From: Planctomycetota bacterium
Lineage (GTDB): Bacteria > Planctomycetota > UBA11346
Length of the DNA: 54,456 nt
Reading direction: 5' to 3'
Assembly: GCA_043775355.1 (NCBI GenBank)
Contig: JAYVSL010000163.1
Coordinates: 1-54,456, forward strand
In this document: positions 36,020 to 44,436 of the stretch, one piece after another
Numbering within the stretch: the stretch's first letter is position 1
Layout: every line of letters begins with the position of its first letter
Position numbers and translations under genes: made by a program
Notes under the pieces: generated by a model
The model's input: the letters and a program-made list of their open reading frames with translations, nothing else
Database searches by the model: none
What the model was told of the DNA's origin: nothing

Positions 36020-37264
36020 GTGGCCTGTGCGACCGCTACTGGCGGTCAGCACGCGCTCATTCGCCTCAGTGGGCCGCGGGCTTTTGCTCTCGCTGCGGCG
36101 GTGGGCTTGCCGTTGGCTGCGCCGTGGACGATGGCGCTCGGTGACTGGCAACTGGCGGGCGGGCGTTGTCCGTGTCGGGTGCTGTGCGCTGCTGGGCCTC
36201 GCAGTTTTACTGGTTTTGATTTGGTGGAGATCACTTTGCCGGGCAGTGCGGATGTGGTCGCTCTCGCTTTAACAACCCTGCTGAATGCGGGTGCTGAGGC
36301 AGCAATGCCTGGGGCTTTTACGCGTCAGGCTTTGGCCAATGGTCGGCTGACGTTGGATCGTGCGGAGGCGATTTTAGCGGTTGCCCAGGCCAGCGATGCA
36401 ACGGCGGCTCGTCATGCGATTGATCGTTTGCGTGGGGCGGTCAGTGATGATTTGTTAGCCGTTCGCACGCGGCTGATTGACGCCCGCGCTGTGGTGGAGG
36501 CGGGTTTGGATTTCGTCGAGGAAGCCGATGTTAAATCCTACGACCCAGCACGACTACGCGCTTTGCTTGGCGAATTGCGCACCGTGCTTGCGCGTTGGCA
36601 AGTGGCCGCCGATACCAGCGACGGTGATCCGATCGTTTGCTTGGTTGGCCCAGCGAACGCGGGAAAATCAGCGCTTTTTAATTATTTAACCGGAGCTGAT
36701 GCGTTGGTCAGTCCGATCGCCGGAACCACTCGCGATTGGCTGGATGCGCCGTGGTTGGTCGCTGGTCGACGCGTGCGTTTGATCGACACCGCTGGCTGGA
36801 TGGACAGCGCGAACGGTCTGGACGCCGTCGGCATCGCGGCTGGTCAGCGCACGGTGGCGAGCGCTTCGGTGGTGCTGGCGTGTTCGGCTCCTGATGCGCG
36901 TTTGCCGTTAGATGCTCCGCTTCCGTCCGGCGCATTCGTGATCGCAACGAAATCCGATGTGATCAGCGCGCCAGACCCCCGCGCGGTGCTGGCCCTGAGC
37001 GTGACGACCGGCGTTGGCATCGACCAACTCAGCGGATTCGTCGCCAGTCGCCTGAGTGGAATCGGCGCCGGAGAACCGCGTCAGCAACGCTTGTTGGCCG
37101 ACACCGATGCGGTGCTGGCGCGGCTTATGGCGCGGCTGCCGAGCGACGAACTGTTGGCGGAAGATCTGCGGCGCGCTGGCGATTTACTGGGCGATGTATT
37201 AGGAGTCACCACGACCGACGATGTTTTGGCCGCCATTTTTAGCCGTTTCTGCATTGGCAAATGA
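35945..37264 (+). CDS. mnmE: tRNA modification GTPase MnmE/TrmE (N-terminus formed by heptamer repeats)
   Basis: IRLSGP, PRSFTG.D.VEI, PGAFTRQALANGRL, G1 GPANAGKS, GTTRD, DTAG, terminal IFSRFCIGK. Confidence 0.93.
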   Translation: MTSDIGHRTSDIEKTSDIGHRTSDIVACATATGGQHALIRLSGPRAFALAAAVGLPLAAPWTMALGDWQLAGGRCPCRVLCAAGPRSFTGFDLVEITLPGSADVVALALTTLLNAGAEAAMPGAFTRQALANGRLTLDRAEAILAVAQASDATAARHAIDRLRGAVSDDLLAVRTRLIDARAVVEAGLDFVEEADVKSYDPARLRALLGELRTVLARWQVAADTSDGDPIVCLVGPANAGKSALFNYLTGADALVSPIAGTTRDWLDAPWLVAGRRVRLIDTAGWMDSANGLDAVGIAAGQRTVASASVVLACSAPDARLPLDAPLPSGAFVIATKSDVISAPDPRAVLALSVTTGVGIDQLSGFVASRLSGIGAGEPRQQRLLADTDAVLARLMARLPSDELLAEDLRRAGDLLGDVLGVTTTDDVLAAIFSRFCIGK

Positions 37265-37451
37265 ACGGTTGTGGCAACGTCGTCCGCGTTGACCAAACGT
37301 CCTTAAAAGCAACCCGTTTCAGCAATTCGCGGCGCTGAAATCGCTGGGTTATACAACCCAAGAACTTGCCGTTTCACACTTTTGCCAATTCACTCAGCCT
37401 CCCAACTAGCACTTTTTTTTCAGTCAGCTAGCTTACGGGCCTGGAGACATC

Positions 37452-37880
37452 GTGGACGAAGCCAAGAGAATCAACATTCAGATCGTGGAAACCAACACCG
37501 AAATTCGTGTGTGCACCCGACTGAAGGCCAAGGGAGTTCCCATGCGTCTGGGCAAACCCGTCGCCGAACTGCTGGTTTCCCATGAAATCAGACTGGTCGA
37601 TCTGGCGAAACAGCTCGAAGTGCTCAAAGAGCCGATCAAGCCGTTAGCTCGGCCTGCGGCCAAGCCCGGTACGACTGCAGCCAAGCCAGTAGTGGCAGTG
37701 GCAGCGGCCAAGCCAGCCATCGCGGCAACTCCTGCGGCGAAGCCTGGCGCTTCAGCAGCCAAGCCCACCGCTAAGCCCGGAGCGAAGTCTGCTCCTGCTG
37801 CGGTGACGCCAATGACTCCTGCAGAAGCCATCGCCGCAGCGAAAGCTCGCCGGGCTGCGGCCGCTCGTTCAGCGAAGTAA
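37452..37880 (+). CDS. Hypothetical protein with AAKP-repeat histone-H1-like tail
   Basis: GGAG RBS and GTG start; ~60-aa globular N-terminus, then PAAKP/TAAKP/AAAKP/SAAKP repeats. Confidence 0.75.
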   Translation: MDEAKRINIQIVETNTEIRVCTRLKAKGVPMRLGKPVAELLVSHEIRLVDLAKQLEVLKEPIKPLARPAAKPGTTAAKPVVAVAAAKPAIAATPAAKPGASAAKPTAKPGAKSAPAAVTPMTPAEAIAAAKARRAAAARSAK

Positions 37881-38039
37881 ACGCCTTTTCTTTCGCGCCA
37901 CTGACCGAGTGACGTGATCGTACGAGTTGCTCACCAAGCCCATGTCATCCAAGTGGTGACATGGGCTTGGTCGTTCACTGTACCAGGAGTCGCCGAATCG
38001 ATCTGCTCCAGAAGACGGCTCATTTTGGCTGAATATGAC

Positions 38040-38720
38040 TTACCCTTTTGCGAGCCGCTCGATCAACGGATCAATGACTCCGGCTTCACGAAAACCTTTT
38101 GCTCGTAATTCGCACGCTGGGCATGTTCCGCACGGCGGCACAGCACCGTTGTAGCAGGTATGGCTCCATGCTAATAAATCGAGTTTGCCAAATTTTTGCA
38201 GCATCTTCACCGTCTCTGCTTTGGAGAGATGCATCAACGGCGTGTGAATGGTTACGGGGAACTCCATGCCTTTGCGCAGAGATTCTTGCAGCGCGGTCAT
38301 GGTTTCCGCGCGACAATCTGGGTAGCCACTGTAGTCGGTTTCGCACACGCCGGTGATGACTTCGGTGATGTCGCGTTGATAGGCGAAAGCGGCGGCAAGG
38401 GTTATGAAGACCAAATTGCGGCCGGGAACAAAGGTGTTGGGCAAATGATTTCCGTCGCGTACGCCGCCAGTGACCTCTTCGCTGCTGGTTAAACTGTTGC
38501 CACCTAAGGCGCGAAAACTGTCGCAAGGAATAACGGTCTGTTGGATGCCCGCGCGTTGCGCAATGTCGGCGGCGGCAACTAATTCAATGCGATGACGTTG
38601 GCCGTAATCGATCGTCACCGCGTGCAGGCGTGAAAAACGTTGTTGCGCCCAGGCAAGACACGTGGCGCTATCTTGGCCGCCGGACAACAGCAACACGGCG
38701 GCATGGGGATTGGGCTGCAT
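38040..38720 (-). CDS. queC: 7-cyano-7-deazaguanine synthase
   Basis: LLSGGQDSATCL, IDYGQRH, TFVPGRN, YSGYPDCR, TCY..PCGTCPACELR. Confidence 0.97.
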   Translation of the reverse strand: MQPNPHAAVLLLSGGQDSATCLAWAQQRFSRLHAVTIDYGQRHRIELVAAADIAQRAGIQQTVIPCDSFRALGGNSLTSSEEVTGGVRDGNHLPNTFVPGRNLVFITLAAAFAYQRDITEVITGVCETDYSGYPDCRAETMTALQESLRKGMEFPVTIHTPLMHLSKAETVKMLQKFGKLDLLAWSHTCYNGAVPPCGTCPACELRAKGFREAGVIDPLIERLAKG

Positions 38721-38735
38721 GAGCAGAGAGTGGTC

Positions 38736-38763
38736 AAAAAAAATGAGGCGGCAAGGCTGCCTC
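38736..38763 (-). terminator. Terminator-like hairpin plus U8 tract directly upstream of queC
   Basis: Minus strand GAGGCAGC-CTT-GCCGCCTC-A-TTTTTTTT, ending about 15 nt before the queC ATG. Confidence 0.6.
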
Positions 38764-38819
38764 GCCCGCTGCTGTCCGCATATGGCGACGGCGGAGAGCT
38801 TCCGTTTATCTTGTCCTCT

Positions 38820-39029
38820 CTACCGCTTGATGGACTTATTCACGACTTTGCGCTCGGTCACCGGATGCGGTTCGTACTCGTCATCCACGATAGACAAAGG
38901 TGCAGTCGGGGTCGGAGTTCGCAATTTATGCGTCACTCGCTGGGCGAGCGCCAAGGCCTCGTCATGCAGGTCAGTAGCAACCAGCTCTTCGTTAGAGTGG
39001 ACAGACGTGATAGTGGAGAGGTTGGTCAT
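38820..39029 (-). CDS. Possible 69-aa hypothetical protein or leader ORF
   Basis: Open frame MTNLSTITSVHSNEEL..KSIKR, preceded by a TGGTAGAAT extended -10-like box; no recognisable family. Confidence 0.4.
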   Translation of the reverse strand: MTNLSTITSVHSNEELVATDLHDEALALAQRVTHKLRTPTPTAPLSIVDDEYEPHPVTERKVVNKSIKR

Positions 39030-39168
39030 GGTCAGCTCGGTAATGATCGTCGGCAATTCTACCACCAACTGAAGAGTTGTGCGGTGAAGCATCTAAAGAA
39101 TGGGTAAATGTGTGTGTGAGATAGGAACTGAGAACCACGATTGCTCGAACGCCGTTTCCTTTAGCCTG

Positions 39169-39362
39169 CGAGAGGGCCAACGGCCCGCTTTATGATAGCC
39201 CAGGGCAACGCCCTGGGACCGATCGCCATCCACAGATAAGCCCTGTAAGGGCGGCCCAATCTCCTCATTTTGGCCGCCCCCTTCAGGGCTCAAGACTTCA
39301 CTCGCCACCGAGACCCAGGGCGTTGCCCTGGGCTGGTATGGACCGGGCCGTTGGCCCTCTCG
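39169..39362. repeat. ~194-bp REP-like imperfect palindrome (non-autonomous element)
   Basis: Outer arms CGAGAGGGCCAACGGCCCG / CGGGCCGTTGGCCCTCTCG; inner CCCAGGGCAACGCCCTGGG / CCCAGGGCGTTGCCCTGGG and CCCTGTAAGGGCGGCC / GGCCGCCCCCTTCAGGG. Confidence 0.88.
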
Positions 39363-39468
39363 ATTTTGCAAAGGAAACGGCGTTGTCGATTGCGCGACGC
39401 TAACGCCGTGGCGACCCTCGGCCTGCCGCCTTGTCGCACGAAGCGCGCAGCCGATGGTCTGGCACGCG

Positions 39469-41511
39469 ATGTTTGACCTCCAAGCCCCCTACCAGCCGAC
39501 CGGTGATCAACCCACGGCGATCGTCGATTTAGTGAAAGCGATCCACGACGGTAAACGCGCAGCGACGTTGTTGGGAGTAACCGGCAGCGGCAAAACGTTC
39601 ACCATGGCGAACGTCATTCAGCAGGTAAAAAAACCGACCTTGGTGCTGTCGCACAACAAAACCTTGGCGGCGCAGCTCTATAGCGAGTTCAAAGGATTCT
39701 TCCCCAACAACGCGGTTGAATACTTTGTCAGCTATTATGACTACTATCAGCCCGAAGCCTATGTTCCTGGAAAAGATCTCTACATCGAAAAGGAATCGTC
39801 GATCAACGAAGAGATCGACAAGCTGCGCCTGTCCGCGACTCGCAGCCTGTTGTCACGTCGCGATGTCATTATTGTCGCTTCCGTTTCTGCGATCTACGGA
39901 CTGGGTTCGCCCAATAGTTATCAAGATCTGACGGTACAAACTCATGTCGGTATGCAGGTCAGCCGTGACGACTTACTGCGTGATTTGATCAAGATTCAAT
40001 ACAGCCGTGGAGATTTAAATTTTCAACGCGGCAAGTTCCGCGTGCGTGGCGATGTGGTTGAGTTGTGGCCAGCGTACGACGACACCGCCATCCGGCTGTC
40101 TTTCTTTGGCGATGAGATCGAAGAAATTGCCACGGTGCACACCCTGACCGGTGAGGTGCTGGGACGTCACGAAAAACTCAATATCTATCCCGCTAAGCAT
40201 TTTGTGGTCGAAGAGCAAACTTTGCAAAAAGCGGTATTTGACATCGAAGCGGAGCTGGAGGTCCGCCATCGTGAATTGACCCTTGCCGGTTCCTTGGTCG
40301 AAGCGCAACGCCTGCAGTCACGCACGAAGTACGACATCGAGATGCTACGCGAAGTCGGCACCTGTCCTGGAATCGAAAATTATTCTCGCCACTTGACCGG
40401 CCGCAAAGCGGGCGAGCGGCCGTATTGTCTGTACGACTTTTTTCCGCCGGATTTTCTCTGCGTCATTGATGAAAGCCACGTCACGATTCCGCAAATCGGC
40501 GGCATGTACGCCGGTGACCGCAGCCGAAAAGACAATCTGGTCAATCACGGCTTTCGCCTGCCGAGCGCTCTCGATAATCGCCCACTGACCTTTGCTGAGT
40601 GGGAAACGTTAGTCAAACAGATGGTTTTCGTGTCCGCCACTCCGTCGCATTACGAAGCCAAAAACGAGCAGGCGCGCACCGAACAATTGGTTCGTCCAAC
40701 GGGTGTCATCGATCCACCGATCAGCGTGCGGCCAACCTCTGGCCAGGTCGAAGACCTAATCAAAGAAGTTAAAATCCGCTGCGCACGCAATGAACGCACG
40801 TTGGTGACGACGTTAACCAAACGTTTAGCCGAAGACCTCAGCGAGTACCTTTCCGAAGCCGGTGTGCGTACGACGTTCTTGCACAGCGATATCGACGCCC
40901 TGGAACGCATTGATATTCTCAACGCTTTGCGCGCTGGAGAGACCGAATGTTTGGTCGGTGTCAATCTTCTGCGCGAAGGCCTTGATCTACCGGAAGTATC
41001 TTTGGTGGTGATTTTCGACGCCGATAAAGAAGGCTTTTTGCGCAGCGAAGGTGCGCTGATTCAGACCATTGGCCGCGCTGCACGTCACGTCGATGGCCGA
41101 GTGATCTTGTATGCGGACCGCACATCGGCAGCGATGGCATCGGCCATTCGCGAAACTGATCGTCGGCGCACGCATCAGATCGCTTATAATACTCAACATG
41201 GCATCGTTCCGCGCACCGCCGTCAAACAGGCCTCGTCGGGGGCGTTCAAAGATCAGCTTAGTGCTCGTCGTGCGGCGGAAGCCGGTGGCGGTTACGTGGT
41301 TGGCGGCGTTGCCCTGACTCCTGCTGATATTCCCGCGCTTACTCAACAAATGATTGACGCGGCGGAAAATCTTCGCTTTGAAGAAGCCGCCCGCTTGCGT
41401 GATCGCATCAAAGCGTTGGAAGCCGGTGAGGTCGTTAGCGCCGACGACTCGTCCAAAAAACGCAAACCACAAAGTAGACTACCAAAAAGCCGTTATCGAA
41501 AAAAGCGTTGA
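39469..41511 (+). CDS. uvrB: Excinuclease ABC subunit B
   Basis: YQPTGDQP, LLGVTGSGKTFT, HNKTLAAQLY, FVSYYDYYQPEAY, DESH, LREGLD, QTIGRAAR; C-terminal UVR domain FEEAARLRD. Confidence 0.98.
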   Translation: MFDLQAPYQPTGDQPTAIVDLVKAIHDGKRAATLLGVTGSGKTFTMANVIQQVKKPTLVLSHNKTLAAQLYSEFKGFFPNNAVEYFVSYYDYYQPEAYVPGKDLYIEKESSINEEIDKLRLSATRSLLSRRDVIIVASVSAIYGLGSPNSYQDLTVQTHVGMQVSRDDLLRDLIKIQYSRGDLNFQRGKFRVRGDVVELWPAYDDTAIRLSFFGDEIEEIATVHTLTGEVLGRHEKLNIYPAKHFVVEEQTLQKAVFDIEAELEVRHRELTLAGSLVEAQRLQSRTKYDIEMLREVGTCPGIENYSRHLTGRKAGERPYCLYDFFPPDFLCVIDESHVTIPQIGGMYAGDRSRKDNLVNHGFRLPSALDNRPLTFAEWETLVKQMVFVSATPSHYEAKNEQARTEQLVRPTGVIDPPISVRPTSGQVEDLIKEVKIRCARNERTLVTTLTKRLAEDLSEYLSEAGVRTTFLHSDIDALERIDILNALRAGETECLVGVNLLREGLDLPEVSLVVIFDADKEGFLRSEGALIQTIGRAARHVDGRVILYADRTSAAMASAIRETDRRRTHQIAYNTQHGIVPRTAVKQASSGAFKDQLSARRAAEAGGGYVVGGVALTPADIPALTQQMIDAAENLRFEEAARLRDRIKALEAGEVVSADDSSKKRKPQSRLPKSRYRKKR

Positions 41512-41542
41512 GGCTTTCCCGCCAAGCGCCTAAATGCGCGGC

Positions 41543-42505
41543 ATGCACTATCTCGTCACCGGCGGCGCGGGCTTCATTGGCAGTCATTTGGTGGATGCGC
41601 TGCTGGCGCGTGGTGATGCGGTCACCGTGCTTGACGACTGCTCGACCGGATCGCTGAGTAATCTTTCGTCAGTCGCCAGTCATCCTCACTTTACGATGCT
41701 GCATGGTTCGGTGTGCGACGAAGTTTTAGTCGACGAGGCCTGTGCCAAGATCGACGCGGTCGTGCATTTGGCGGCAGCCGTCGGCGTGCGGCGCATTCTT
41801 GAGAAACAAGTGGCTTCCATCGTCACCAATCTGCGTGGCACCGAAGTGATGTTGCGTGCCGCGCACGCGCATCGTTCACTGCCGTTTCTGTTGGCCTCCA
41901 CCAGCGAGATTTACGGCAAGCTTGATCATGCTCCATTTAAAGAAGATGACGACAGCGTGCTGGGCGCGTCATCACTCCATCGTTGGAGCTACGCTTGTTC
42001 AAAGCTGATGGATGAATTTTTGGCGTTGGCGTATCATCGCGAACGGAAATTACCGGTAACGGTAGCGCGCTTTTTCAATGTCACGGGACCTCGACAAAGT
42101 GCTGCGTACGGCATGGTGCTGCCACGCTTTTGTGCAGCGGCCAAACGCGGTGACGCATTGGAAGTCCATGGTGATGGCGCTCAATCACGCTGTTTTCTTC
42201 ATGTGCGCGACGCGGTCACGGCACTTCTTGCGCTGCTCGGTTGCTCGGCTGCCATCGGCAAAGTGGTGAACATTGGCTCAGACGAAGAAGTCAGCATGCG
42301 CACGCTTGCGGAACGGGTCGTGCAGATGTCCGGCAGTCGTTCAGCCGTGCGTTTGATTTCTTATGCCGAAGCTTTTCCGCACGGCGGCTTCGAAGACATG
42401 CGCCGCCGTGTACCTGATGTGACGCGACTCAAAGCGCTGACCGGATGGCGACCGACGCTGAACTTGGACGCCACGATTCGCGATTGCCTCACCATCCAAC
42501 GATAG
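41543..42505 (+). CDS. NAD-dependent epimerase/dehydratase (extended SDR)
   Basis: VTGGAGFIGSH, HLAAAVGV, ASTSEIYG, YACSK, RFFNVTGPRQ. Confidence 0.93.
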   Translation: MHYLVTGGAGFIGSHLVDALLARGDAVTVLDDCSTGSLSNLSSVASHPHFTMLHGSVCDEVLVDEACAKIDAVVHLAAAVGVRRILEKQVASIVTNLRGTEVMLRAAHAHRSLPFLLASTSEIYGKLDHAPFKEDDDSVLGASSLHRWSYACSKLMDEFLALAYHRERKLPVTVARFFNVTGPRQSAAYGMVLPRFCAAAKRGDALEVHGDGAQSRCFLHVRDAVTALLALLGCSAAIGKVVNIGSDEEVSMRTLAERVVQMSGSRSAVRLISYAEAFPHGGFEDMRRRVPDVTRLKALTGWRPTLNLDATIRDCLTIQR

Positions 42506-42525
42506 TTAACGATACTTACAGACTC

Positions 42526-42673
42526 TCTGGAAAGGCAGATTTAACAGGAGGACGCGTAAACGCAGAGCCAATCTGAAGATCCGAGCATGGAAAAAACCAC
42601 GTTCTTCTGTTGAATCTGGCCATCCTTCTTCTCTGCGCCTCTGCGCACTCCTGTTCAATCCTGTATTTCCAGA
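42526..42673. repeat. Short inverted-repeat (MITE/REP-like) element
   Basis: TCTGGAAA..AACAGGAG..CGCAGAG paired with CTCTGCG..CTCCTGTT..TTTCCAGA; related to 6926..7050. Confidence 0.7.
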
Positions 42674-42755
42674 CAGCTTCTTAGTTAGGTAAGTCAGCGC
42701 GCTGCGTGTGCGTCCTCACATCCGTGCTTCCGACCACCACATTTCCCGTCAGGCT

Positions 42756-43418
42756 ATGACCATGATCCGCACCACGCTCCTCACGCTCGTTCTTCTCCCG
42801 CTGTTTGCCGCCGAATCGCCGGCAAACGGCATCGCTGCCAAAGTCATTCGTGAACGCGCCGCAGAATTGGAACATCGCGGACAACGACCCGTCGCAGAAC
42901 AGATGCGCGTGCTCGCGGATGGACTAGCAGGCGGAACGGTGTCGTTGAGCGATGCCGCGCTGGTCATGCAGATTGCCCTCGCCGGATCGTCATCATCCGC
43001 TATTTCCGCGCCAATATTGTCGCCTGAACAACGTCGCGCGGCGCTTGCCTCAGCGGCAAAAACGGCCTCAATTCTCGACAGCGAACCGCCGCCCGTGGTG
43101 ACCACGGCACCTGGTCTTGATAGGACAAAAGTTGATACGGAAAAAGTCGATGAGCGCGCTCTTGCCATACCGGTCGCCACCACGGTTTTAGTCGCCAGTT
43201 ATGTCGGCGAACCGAAAAGTTTATTAGTCATGATCGGTGCCGGCACCGATCAACAGATCACCCAAGGCCAAAGACTTCACATCAAGCGCGGCGATCTCAA
43301 AATTGCCGTTGTGAGCGCGTCACAAGTGAAGGAACACCAGACTATCTGCCTCGCCATCCCAGGGACGTTAGCCGAAGGCGCGGAAATTAAACCAGGTGAC
43401 TCGGTGGTTTCGGAGTAA
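42756..43418 (+). CDS. Secreted hypothetical protein with a FlgT-C-like C-terminal beta domain
   Basis: Signal peptide MIRTTLLTLVLLPLFA; C-terminal VMIGAGTDQQITQGQRL.I.RG..EIKPGDSV pattern. Confidence 0.7.
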   Translation: MTMIRTTLLTLVLLPLFAAESPANGIAAKVIRERAAELEHRGQRPVAEQMRVLADGLAGGTVSLSDAALVMQIALAGSSSSAISAPILSPEQRRAALASAAKTASILDSEPPPVVTTAPGLDRTKVDTEKVDERALAIPVATTVLVASYVGEPKSLLVMIGAGTDQQITQGQRLHIKRGDLKIAVVSASQVKEHQTICLAIPGTLAEGAEIKPGDSVVSE

Positions 43419-43427
43419 TGCCATCCC

Positions 43428-43537
43428 ATGTCTGATGTCCGATGTCCGATGTCTTGTTGTCGGAGGTCTCACCGAGCATGAACGATATCCTATTCCCGAC
43501 ATCGGACATCGGACATCGGACATCGGACATCGGACAT
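43428..43537. repeat. Inverted array of ATCGGAC heptamers between convergent genes
   Basis: (ATGTCYG) x3-4, a ~45-nt spacer, then (GACATCG) x5 plus GACATA. Confidence 0.93.
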
Positions 43538-43541
43538 AAAT

Positions 43542-44303
43542 TCAGGCCGTCGCCAATCCATGCGCAATAGTCGCGCGTAGTCGATCATTTCTCTGAACGT
43601 AGGCATGGACCAAATTGCGGGCCATGCGACGTAACAAAGCGCGATCGCTGGCGGGGGCTAAATACGGGGAAGCACTGGTTTCACCCACGGCTTGCATCCG
43701 TTCATCGAGGTCTTCGCGGACGATACGACGGCCGTGATCGAAAAGATCGATGTAGCCGCCGGACCAGCGACCAACGACGTGTCCTGGAATAGCGATAGGT
43801 TCGCAGGGTAAATCGAGTCGACGACACACCAGAACCCACAGCACGGTCATGCTGATCGGCAGACCGACGCGGCGTTCGAGAACTGATGATAATAAACTAT
43901 TCAGCGGATCGTCGTAATCCTGGCGCGCGCCGGTGAAGCCACAGTCGTCGCACAAAAAGCGCGCGACGCTCCATGGATTAGCGCCATGGCCAATACGTTC
44001 GGCGAGTTCATCCAGCGCGCGGGTGCCCGCCGTGCGATAATCGCGACGTGGCATATCGATGCGTGGGAGCAACCAGACGCCGGCTTCAAGATGCTCAGCT
44101 TCGGCAAAAGCATCCATCAACGCTTCGGCGTCTTGACGTAGGACTAACTCGGTCAGTGCCGTTGGCGAATTTCCGCGTTCACTCGCGAACGACCAAGCTT
44201 GCGATAATAATTCAGCATCACGACTGAGGCGATTCAGCAGCGTGGCATGAACCTCTGGATCGGGGTCATCGAGCAACTGGAGTAACGCTTCGATATGACT
44301 CAT
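43542..44303 (-). CDS. SirB1/transglutaminase-like (Transglut_core2) protein
   Basis: ALLQLLDDPD; GFTG..DYDDPLNSLL..VLERRVGLPIS; IPGHVV; YIDLF; LRRMARNL. Confidence 0.88.
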   Translation of the reverse strand: MSHIEALLQLLDDPDPEVHATLLNRLSRDAELLSQAWSFASERGNSPTALTELVLRQDAEALMDAFAEAEHLEAGVWLLPRIDMPRRDYRTAGTRALDELAERIGHGANPWSVARFLCDDCGFTGARQDYDDPLNSLLSSVLERRVGLPISMTVLWVLVCRRLDLPCEPIAIPGHVVGRWSGGYIDLFDHGRRIVREDLDERMQAVGETSASPYLAPASDRALLRRMARNLVHAYVQRNDRLRATIAHGLATA

Positions 44304-44436
44304 ATCGGCGGTGTATCCCGCTCATACGACGACGCCAGCCTCAGAAAATAATCCGCAAATTCACCCGCTCAGGGCGCTCAGTGCGATTGCCGTTTAGTGA
44401 TCATCGTTGGCGATGATCACCGACGCATCCGTCGAT

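Noticed and set aside
38820-39092. tmRNA tag-like SNEELVA sequence
   Set aside because: No stop after an ALAA-like end, and no GGGG 5' end or TCCACCA 3' end.
39093-39476. ORFs 39093..39371 and 39270..39476
   Set aside because: They are translations of the REP-like palindrome (RATPW/QGVALG patterns), not genes.
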